A stretch of 64,000 nucleotides of DNA. It comes from a virus. The stretch lies in the IMG/VR virus record IMGVR_UViG_3300020473_000015; one strand, given 5' to 3'. The translations under genes and the position numbers were made by a program. The notes under the pieces are model-generated. The model did not search any database. It had not been told where the DNA came from and saw nothing but the letters and a program-made list of their open reading frames with translations. Below are positions 40,551 through 48,194 of this stretch, in pieces (the stretch's first letter is position 1; each line of letters starts with the position of its first letter).

Positions 40551-43334
40551 ATGGGCACATCAGGACACATGCAACACCCTTTTGACATTCCAAGTGTCAA
40601 AACAGGACAAGACTTAATAAATTATTTCGAGAGAATTGTAGAACATCTTTCTGCAAATCCCGGAAGTGTTAAATTCGATGGCATTAATGTAAGCTTTAAA
40701 TTAGTTGATGATGAATCCACTCCAACTGGAAAAGACTTCAGAATGGATCGTGGAACTTCCGCACCAGAATCAGTTATAGGAATGACGGCAGCAGATGCAT
40801 ATAAAAAGTGGCCTGAAGGTCATGGAATGCCCCCAGCAATAGATGAACTCTTAAAAATATTTAATGAAGCGCTGCCACTAATTGAGCCAGAATTAAAAGC
40901 TTTAGGAATGTGGGATGATCCTACAAAATATTTCAATACCGAATATATGAAGAAGGGCAGAACAAACGTTGTTGAATACGGTGAAAAAATATTAGCTCTT
41001 CATGGTGTAAATCAGTTTTATGAAAAGAAAGCACAAGCCCATAGAATTAAAAAAGGCATTGGAATGGATCGCCCAGGTTTAGAAAGACCAATTGATCCAG
41101 AAACTGGAAAGCCAACAAAACATGGAAGCACAGAAGTTCCTTATGATAGCGGAGTTTTACAATCTATTATTGAAAAAGTAAAACCAATTGCAGAACAACA
41201 TGAAGTTAGTTTAGTTGGAGATGTATCAACTGAGATATCTGCAGAAGTTGATTTTTCTGAAACGTTAAGTAAGCCATTTACGATAAATATGACAGACACA
41301 GAAAGCGAAACTCACTCTTTAGGCGAGTGGCTTTCTTCTGCTGTTAATCCTTTTGATGCTAAAGTACAAAAGCGTGATGGTAAACAAGCATGGGCAATAA
41401 GTAAAGAGATTTATTTTGCTGTTTTAAATGGTGTTCCCCTCATGGAAATGTTGGAGACTCCAGAAGACGTTAAAACGGCCATTAACGGCGCTCTTTTCAA
41501 TCATGCGACCCATGAGTTGGGTATGGACGTTAAACGCGCTTCAACAAGCTCTAAAGGCGGTTTAGAGGGTCATGAAGGTATTGTGATTAGAGGCATCGAT
41601 GATAGACCTGTGAAAGTCACTGGAGATTTTATTGTAAAAGGCGCTGGTGGAGCAATAAAGGATAAAATTAAAGCCTCCAAAGAAAAAGAGACTCTTGCTG
41701 AAATTGCAGATGAGCCGATAGATTTAGAATTTGAGATAGGAGATAATTTCGAAGAAGAGCCTGTTGAAAGAAAAATGGTCGCAATTTATCCTGGTAGATT
41801 TCAGCCTATGGGAAGACATCATGCTGAAGTCTATAAAGCTTTGCTAAATGATGAAAGATTTGATGATGTTTTCATATCGACGTCAGATAAAGTTGAGATG
41901 CCGAAGTCTCCATTCAATTTTAAAGAAAAGCAAGAAATTGCTGCTGGGCATGATATAGACCCATCTAAAATTGTACAAACTAAAAATCCCTACAATGCAG
42001 TTGAAATAACTAACAGTCTCGATCCTGAAACTGTTGTTGTTTATTTTGTGGGATGTAAAGATATGGATGCTGATCCAAACGTTTGTGATGGTACAAAACC
42101 AAGATTCCCTAGAGAAAGCTTGGGAGGAATGACTAAAAAAGGCACACCAAGATATTTTAGAGCTTTTGAGGATGAAGAAGATTTTAAAGGAGTGAAAGAT
42201 CATGCTTATATAGCTGTTGCTCCTCACATAGAAATTGAAATTCCAGAGCTTGGTGAGATGTCTGGTACGACAATAAGACAAGCGCTTCAAACAGCAGAGC
42301 CTGAAAAATTTGAAAGCATTATGGGATTCTATGATCCTGTTGTATATGATATGATTAAATCAAAGTTAAACTCTGAGCAAGAAGAATTACAGGAGGTTTC
42401 CCAGTTGCCTCTGGGTATCTTTCTTGGGTTAATTGAAGAAGTATTAAATGAAGTTGATCCAGTTGCGATGTATGGAGCGAATATTGCTAATGTTCCGGAA
42501 GTAGCATATAAATCTTATGGCACCAAGCAAGAACTAAATGAGATATACAGTGAAGATTATTCAGAAAAAGAATCTAGAGAAAATTTATTTGATGAACAAT
42601 ATCAAGAAGCTGTTGATGAAAGTGAATATAAACAAAAATATTATGATTTATTTATATCACAGCAAGATGCTAAGAAAATGTTGGATACATTAAATAATTC
42701 CTTCCCCGATTGGAAAGATCAAGAAGTATTACCTAGTGAATTTGACGATATCGAAGAAAAACTACATAAAGATGATTTGTGGAATGTTATCAAAGACACA
42801 AAATTATCAGATGGGGATATAACTTATAAAGAAATTTTGAATAAAAATGCTTTTGCCAACGCAACTAGGGAAAATGCACGATGGATTCAAGGCCCTAGAG
42901 AAATGCTACAAGACGAAGAAAAGATATATGGTGGGCGTGATCGAAATGCTCAAACTTATCCTTCTGAAAAAAGGGCTGTCTGGGCATGGAGCGTCGAAGG
43001 AAGAGGAAATTATTTAGGCTTTTCTCCAAAAGATATGGTAAAGGCCTCCAAAAGATACATTTATCCATATGCCAAATATTATATAAAATATTTTATGGAA
43101 GAATTATTTGAAGTTGTTGATGACACTATCAAAAATATGGATGCATATGCTAGCTTCCTATCTGATATATGGCATAAAATGAGTGATACCCCAATTGAGC
43201 AAAAAGAAGATTTAGAGGAAATATCTGCCATGGGAGCAGGAGCAGTAGAAGGTGGTGGCAGAACAGATGAACAAGAGGGGTTAATTAGAGAGGTTGAAGA
43301 CTATTTATATAAGCTATTAGGAGTCACAGAATGA
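40551..43334 (+). CDS. Large protein containing a cytidyltransferase-like (HIGH-type nucleotidyltransferase) domain
   Basis: AIYPGRFQPMGRHH, SPFNFKEK, MSGTTIR; N-terminal HMQHPFD/KFDG/EGIVIR region. Confidence 0.75.
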   Translation: MGTSGHMQHPFDIPSVKTGQDLINYFERIVEHLSANPGSVKFDGINVSFKLVDDESTPTGKDFRMDRGTSAPESVIGMTAADAYKKWPEGHGMPPAIDELLKIFNEALPLIEPELKALGMWDDPTKYFNTEYMKKGRTNVVEYGEKILALHGVNQFYEKKAQAHRIKKGIGMDRPGLERPIDPETGKPTKHGSTEVPYDSGVLQSIIEKVKPIAEQHEVSLVGDVSTEISAEVDFSETLSKPFTINMTDTESETHSLGEWLSSAVNPFDAKVQKRDGKQAWAISKEIYFAVLNGVPLMEMLETPEDVKTAINGALFNHATHELGMDVKRASTSSKGGLEGHEGIVIRGIDDRPVKVTGDFIVKGAGGAIKDKIKASKEKETLAEIADEPIDLEFEIGDNFEEEPVERKMVAIYPGRFQPMGRHHAEVYKALLNDERFDDVFISTSDKVEMPKSPFNFKEKQEIAAGHDIDPSKIVQTKNPYNAVEITNSLDPETVVVYFVGCKDMDADPNVCDGTKPRFPRESLGGMTKKGTPRYFRAFEDEEDFKGVKDHAYIAVAPHIEIEIPELGEMSGTTIRQALQTAEPEKFESIMGFYDPVVYDMIKSKLNSEQEELQEVSQLPLGIFLGLIEEVLNEVDPVAMYGANIANVPEVAYKSYGTKQELNEIYSEDYSEKESRENLFDEQYQEAVDESEYKQKYYDLFISQQDAKKMLDTLNNSFPDWKDQEVLPSEFDDIEEKLHKDDLWNVIKDTKLSDGDITYKEILNKNAFANATRENARWIQGPREMLQDEEKIYGGRDRNAQTYPSEKRAVWAWSVEGRGNYLGFSPKDMVKASKRYIYPYAKYYIKYFMEELFEVVDDTIKNMDAYASFLSDIWHKMSDTPIEQKEDLEEISAMGAGAVEGGGRTDEQEGLIREVEDYLYKLLGVTE
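43299..43308 (+). promoter_or_regulatory. Putative late-promoter motif GACTATTTAT
   Basis: Inside the 3' end of the upstream ORF, before AGGAG and ATG 43331. Confidence 0.5.
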
Positions 43335-44101
43335 ACCCACAAGAACAACAGTTAAGATTATTAATCCGTGAAGGCATGCGTATTGTTAAAAATAAAAGAG
43401 ATGCGCAGCTTTTAGAAGAGCAAAGATTGAGAAAAATTATTAGAGGCCTTATTTCTGAAGTATCTAAGAAAACTGCAGTTGCTGATAAAGTTGTTCATAA
43501 AAATACTGGTATAAATAAATTAGATGCACTTCTTAAACGCATCATTACTCAAATTGAAGATGCATACACTAATTTGTCTTCTAGTGAAGAAGAGAGAAAA
43601 TCATTTAGATACCACTTCTTAGTTAATTTTAAAAATCTGTTAGCTCCGGTCGATGCAAATAGAGATGCACCTAATAGAGAAAAGATGGCACTAGCAGAAC
43701 AAGATTTTAAAGTAGGTGTTGAACAGGATGATGTGACTAGCGAACCAGATCCAGATAAATTTCTACCCTCAAGACCTCAAGATATTGAAGCAGCAAAGGC
43801 TGAAGAGGAGGAGGAAGGAAAAACGTTTGAAAAATTAGACTCTTCCGACCCTTATGTTAGACAAGGCGCCGAAGCAGCAGAGACCGCTCTAAACGATGTA
43901 GAGACTCAAATTGTTAATTCATACGAGGGACTTATCGTACCAGAGGACGCAGCTGCATTCAAAGATTGGGGCTTAACTAATCTTAAATTGTACTTTGATA
44001 TGTTTGAAGATGAAATGACTAGTGATGTTGGAGAGGAACCAGAAAGTCCTGATTATCCTGCTGGAGATGATACTTTAAAAGAAGTAATATATGATATATA
44101 A
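43331..44101 (+). CDS. Acidic protein with duplicated class A-like leader
   Basis: QLRLLIREGM...EEQRLRKIIRGLISE. Confidence 0.75.
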   Translation: MNPQEQQLRLLIREGMRIVKNKRDAQLLEEQRLRKIIRGLISEVSKKTAVADKVVHKNTGINKLDALLKRIITQIEDAYTNLSSSEEERKSFRYHFLVNFKNLLAPVDANRDAPNREKMALAEQDFKVGVEQDDVTSEPDPDKFLPSRPQDIEAAKAEEEEEGKTFEKLDSSDPYVRQGAEAAETALNDVETQIVNSYEGLIVPEDAAAFKDWGLTNLKLYFDMFEDEMTSDVGEEPESPDYPAGDDTLKEVIYDI

Positions 44102-44197
44102 TATATAAGTATTTTTTATTAATTAATTTATTAATATTATTAGTAAGTTATAATTAACTATAAAAATATTATATCATATTCAATAATTAAATTTAAG

Positions 44198-44560
44198 ATG
44201 GCTTGGAAAAAGAAAAGAAGACTTTCTGGTAAAAACGCTCACTATAGCGTATCTAAAGTTTTAAGAAAAAAACAATTATCCTCAGAAGAATTTGAACTGA
44301 TGTTGAATTCACTCTCCTTAGAAGATGTCATCGCACTCAAACTGGAATTATCTACAAAACCATTTGGTGGAAAATGTTTTGGTATACCTATTTGGCATTC
44401 CACCAGAGAGATCGTACAAGATGCCATGTTAAAAATGGCCCTTTCTACCACTAGATCTAAAAGAGAAGGGGCAAGATTTTTAGGTTTACTTCCTAATGAT
44501 TTCAGACATTTATTAAAAAAATATAATACAGAAAACTTTTTTGAAGAAAGCGATGAATAA
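44198..44560 (+). CDS. Protein with C-terminal Fis-like helix-turn-helix
   Basis: ALSTTRSKREGARFLGLLPNDFRHLLKKY matches the Fis/NtrC HTH pattern. Confidence 0.6.
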   Translation: MAWKKKRRLSGKNAHYSVSKVLRKKQLSSEEFELMLNSLSLEDVIALKLELSTKPFGGKCFGIPIWHSTREIVQDAMLKMALSTTRSKREGARFLGLLPNDFRHLLKKYNTENFFEESDE

Positions 44561-44563
44561 TTA

Positions 44564-44592
44564 TTGCATATTGTTGTAATATATAATATAAT
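44564..44592 (+). promoter_or_regulatory. Sigma70-type promoter for the tmRNA
   Basis: TTGCAT-N17-TATAAT just upstream of the mature 5' end. Confidence 0.6.
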
Positions 44593-44610
44593 AATGCAGT
44601 ACTTTGACAT

Positions 44611-44990
44611 GGGGGTGAAACGGTTTCGACAGAGAGTTGAGATATTGGCGTGCAAGACTGTGTAAGTAGCACAGTAAAAATACTTAAATTTTATAAATGC
44701 CAACGATAATGTTGAATTTGATTATGCACTAGCTGCTTAATCGGAAGTTTTTAGTAACTTTCTTAAGAAATACTAAACGTTTCCAGTTTTAAGAAAAACT
44801 GGTGGTACGCGTAGCGGGAATTAGATTATATAGGAAACTATATATTTTTTGGTAGCCAACACCTTAAGATTGGTAAATGGATACCCTGATTCGATCAGGT
44901 GGCTGATACTTGGGCGGTTAAGTGTCTATTCTTGTGAACGACGGCAATGTTAATGCTTTTTGGACTCGGGTTCGACTCCCGACACCTCCA
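44611..44990 (+). ncRNA. ssrA: tmRNA; tag ANDNVEFDYALAA at 44699-44740
   Basis: 5' GGGGGTGAAACGGTTTCGAC; T-arm GGGTTCGACTCCC; acceptor GGGGGTG/CACCTCC with G3:U; discriminator A; CCA not encoded; tag ends ALAA-TAA. Confidence 0.95.
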
Positions 44991-45011
44991 CTAAATTAAA
45001 AAGGAAATAAT

Positions 45012-45284
45012 ATGTCGACAGAAACAACTACTAAAACATGGAAAACAATTGCGCAATTTGACACCTATAATCAAGCTGATGATTATAGAAATAATATCAT
45101 GAGTGATCATGAGCTTGTAAAAGTCAAACGTGGCAAAGATACATATAGAGTTAAAATATGGAATCCCCCAGTTATAAAAGAAGAAACTAAAAAGGTTAAA
45201 AATAAATTCAAAAAAGGTGATAATAATAACCGGAGGAGAAAAAATGACAACAAAAAGATTCGCAATGGATCGGAACAACAATAA
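45012..45284 (+). CDS. Small basic hypothetical protein
   Basis: AAGGA SD; ORF track. Confidence 0.65.
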   Translation: MSTETTTKTWKTIAQFDTYNQADDYRNNIMSDHELVKVKRGKDTYRVKIWNPPVIKEETKKVKNKFKKGDNNNRRRKNDNKKIRNGSEQQ

Positions 45285-45456
45285 ATTATTTATTGGAAGT
45301 ACAGTCAAATACAAGTCAAATTTATTTTTAGTTGAAGATATAGATTATTTATCGTGGAATACAAACCAATACTTAACACTGTCTTCTGTAAAAAATAAAA
45401 ACAAGAAATTACAATTTATTTCTCCAAATGAAGTGAGGGTTATTTATAAACTATGA
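45244..45456 (+). CDS. SH3/KOW-like small protein
   Basis: GGAGG SD; DRNNNKLFIGSTVKY. Confidence 0.65.
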   Translation: MTTKRFAMDRNNNKLFIGSTVKYKSNLFLVEDIDYLSWNTNQYLTLSSVKNKNKKLQFISPNEVRVIYKL

Positions 45457-46538
45457 AAAAGAATGTTTTAATAATTGGTACAGGTACAATTGGTGAGCCA
45501 TTAATTGGTTTGTTAGCGGATCTCAAAGATGAGTTTAATATTAATGTATTTTTTCACAAAAGAACACCATTAGTAGATGAATATGCAAAAGTGGAAAGCT
45601 TATGTGATAGGGGAGCTAAATTAACCGTTGATCAAGAAAAGTGGAATGAATTTTTACAACTCAGACATAAACCAAATTTTAATTTTGAGAGGGCGCTTAG
45701 TATTGCAAATGTGGTGATTGATTGTACTCCATCTGGAAACGATAATAAAGAAAGAAATTATCTACCTATTGTTAAAGAAGAAGAGAATTTTGGTTGTGGA
45801 AAAAGAAAAAGAATATTTATTGCACAAGGAAGCGAAAAAGGTTTTGGACTGCCATATGCATATGGAATTAACGATTCTGCTTTAGTTAGATCTACACCAA
45901 ATTTTGTACAAGTTGTAAGTTGTAATACTCATAATATATGCAGTATATTAAAGAGTCTTTCTCCAGAATTAGATACAATTATTGATTCTGATTTCACTTG
46001 CATAAGAAGGGCGAATGATATTAGTCAAAATGGTAGTTTCATTGCTTCCCCGCAGGTTGGAGGCCATCCGGATAATACTTTTGGTACTCATCATGCTAGA
46101 GACGCATCGAGAGTCTTAGAAACAATGTATTATAATTTACCAATCTATTCAAGTGCTATGAAGATCAACTCACAATATATGCACACAATTAGATTTAATG
46201 TTACATTAGCTGGACATCATGATAAACAAAGCGTCGAGCATATGTTTAGAGAAAACCCATTTATTGCGCTAACATACAAAAACCTAGCTAATAAAGTATT
46301 TTCTTTTGGTAGGGATCATGGATATTATGGAAGAATATTTAATCAGGCCGTGATATCACTACCCTCTTTGGGGGTAACTAGTTTGGGTGGGACAACCAAA
46401 GTAACAGGCTTTTGTTTTACCCCTCAAGACGGAAACTCTTTATTAAGTAGTATTGCTGCAGCCTTATATGGATTGTATGGTAAAGACTATGAAGAAAAGA
46501 TGAAAGTACTCAACAAACATCTTTTTTCGGAGATTTAG
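45453..46538 (+). CDS. Archaeal-type (class II) glyceraldehyde-3-phosphate dehydrogenase-like protein
   Basis: IIGTGTIG Rossmann motif, VVIDCTP, FIAQGSEK, catalytic VVSCNTH, RRAND, HH. Confidence 0.75.
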   Translation: MKKNVLIIGTGTIGEPLIGLLADLKDEFNINVFFHKRTPLVDEYAKVESLCDRGAKLTVDQEKWNEFLQLRHKPNFNFERALSIANVVIDCTPSGNDNKERNYLPIVKEEENFGCGKRKRIFIAQGSEKGFGLPYAYGINDSALVRSTPNFVQVVSCNTHNICSILKSLSPELDTIIDSDFTCIRRANDISQNGSFIASPQVGGHPDNTFGTHHARDASRVLETMYYNLPIYSSAMKINSQYMHTIRFNVTLAGHHDKQSVEHMFRENPFIALTYKNLANKVFSFGRDHGYYGRIFNQAVISLPSLGVTSLGGTTKVTGFCFTPQDGNSLLSSIAAALYGLYGKDYEEKMKVLNKHLFSEI

Positions 46539-46539
46539 G

Positions 46540-46866
46540 GTGAAGTATTCATATGATTACATATGTGAACCACGAAGAATAACAATACAAGCTAAAAGTA
46601 CGCCTCACAATAGTAAAGGAATTACTATTACTTTTTTTGTCGATGATAAAGAAGCACATACAATATATTCACAACTTAGCACTTACTCTCCCACACAAAG
46701 CGATATTAGTGAACATGTTGCCAAATATTGCAGCAGAATAAAGAGATTAACAGAAGAGAAAATTCAAAATGAGTGCGATGAAGATAATATCATGCGTATG
46801 CTTTATGTTAAAAGGTTCTTAACAAAGGTTCAAAAGAAATCTGGTACAACTATATGGAAACTATAA
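46540..46866 (+). CDS. Hypothetical protein
   Basis: ORF track, GTG start. Confidence 0.55.
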   Translation: MKYSYDYICEPRRITIQAKSTPHNSKGITITFFVDDKEAHTIYSQLSTYSPTQSDISEHVAKYCSRIKRLTEEKIQNECDEDNIMRMLYVKRFLTKVQKKSGTTIWKL

Positions 46867-47613
46867 ATCAGAGTACTTCTTTATACCTTCTCTTATAAAT
46901 TTACTTAAAACTTTAAATCGTGGACCTAATGTTACTGTTGGAAATCTTATATGTAAAGAGTGAATTATCCCAACCAATTCAAAATTGTTATTCAGCACCA
47001 TTGATCCTGATGAACCACCAGCAGCTGGAATAGAATACATTGCACACCCATGAAAAGAAACACCATTATAGCGACCTTCCAAAATGGGCACCATACCTTC
47101 ATTAAATATACCTGCAGGGGCAGCAATATTAAAAAGCTTTGCGCCTGGAAGTGGTTTATTGAGGGCTAATTTTACGGGAGGTTTTTTTAAGTTTTCTGCA
47201 TAAAGCATGCATATATCATTTTGCCTTAAACTGTCTCTTTTTACTATTTTTGCTTCAAATTCCTCTCCAGTTAGTGTTGTTAAAATTAATTTTTGTTTTG
47301 TTCTGGGGCTTGATGGCCTACAGACATGATCTGCTGTTATAACTAAGCTTCCATTTACAGTATTATAGACTACGAATGCGGATCCGCTCGATGCTCCACC
47401 GCTATTAATAATAACACACTCTTCCTTTTCATCGGTTGTGTAGCAGTATTCATAATACTCTTTTGCTAAAATGTGTAGAAATGAATCTCTTGGTAAATAT
47501 TTTACAGTCCTTTCTGTATTATAGTTGTAGCCTATGGGTGTAGAATTAATACTAAGTGAGCATGTGGACATCATTAGCGAAATCATAAACAATGATATTA
47601 TTTTTAATTTCAT
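46861..47613 (-). CDS. Secreted trypsin-like serine protease
   Basis: Signal peptide; TADHVC (His), NDICML (Asp), GGSSGS (Ser). Confidence 0.85.
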   Translation of the reverse strand: MKLKIISLFMISLMMSTCSLSINSTPIGYNYNTERTVKYLPRDSFLHILAKEYYEYCYTTDEKEECVIINSGGASSGSAFVVYNTVNGSLVITADHVCRPSSPRTKQKLILTTLTGEEFEAKIVKRDSLRQNDICMLYAENLKKPPVKLALNKPLPGAKLFNIAAPAGIFNEGMVPILEGRYNGVSFHGCAMYSIPAAGGSSGSMVLNNNFELVGIIHSLHIRFPTVTLGPRFKVLSKFIREGIKKYSDL

Positions 47614-48080
47614 TTTTTGTTCTCCACTTCTTTTAGTCTTAATCTATACTCTACGACAGTTTTTTTATCAACTATCTTTTCTTTGTATTCCGCTAAGACT
47701 TTATATCCAGTAATTGTTAGCCTCGCTAGTGTATTTTCTGCATTATGCACTGTTCTTCCGGACACTACATCCACAATAAAGCCTATTGCGCTATTCACTA
47801 GTCTGGCTCTGTCATCTTTTTTAAAATCTTTTAGTTTATATGATTTATCTTCTTTGTGTTTATTCTCCATCCAAACAATTGTTTCTGCGACTAATGGTAG
47901 GAATGTTTTATTTGTTTTTTTGTCTTGCTGTTCGGTTATTTCGTATAATAAGCCTTTAATTGTTGCTAAGTGATCATCTTTTAGCTTAAAACATTCATTC
48001 TCGCAATATACAATCTCTGCTTTGGAAGTTGTTGAAAAAACTAAGGAAAGTAAGATAGCCATCAATGCTGATGTTCTCAT
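47610..48080 (-). CDS. Secreted hypothetical protein
   Basis: Signal peptide MRTSALMAILLSLVFSTTSKA; ggagg SD; coupled to the protease gene. Confidence 0.7.
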   Translation of the reverse strand: MRTSALMAILLSLVFSTTSKAEIVYCENECFKLKDDHLATIKGLLYEITEQQDKKTNKTFLPLVAETIVWMENKHKEDKSYKLKDFKKDDRARLVNSAIGFIVDVVSGRTVHNAENTLARLTITGYKVLAEYKEKIVDKKTVVEYRLRLKEVENKK

Positions 48081-48155
48081 GTTTTTAAAACCTCCATTAA
48101 TAACTATGAATCAGGATAACAAAACAGAAGTTCTTTTTCATATTAACTTGGTAAG

Positions 48156-48165
48156 GACTATTTAT
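48156..48165 (+). promoter_or_regulatory. Putative late-promoter motif GACTATTTAT
   Basis: Upstream of GGAG and ATG 48195. Confidence 0.5.
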
Positions 48166-48194
48166 TATGTGTGTAATAAGAGAATCGGAGTTAC

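Noticed and set aside
44611-44990. tRNA-Ala gene
   Set aside because: The tRNA-like ends are 380 nt apart and enclose a tag ORF, so this is tmRNA. No standalone tRNA was recognised in the window.
46861-47613. Prohead protease responsible for leader cleavage
   Set aside because: It has a signal peptide and a chymotrypsin fold and lies antisense. Head maturation proteases are cytoplasmic and normally sit with capsid genes, which are outside this window.
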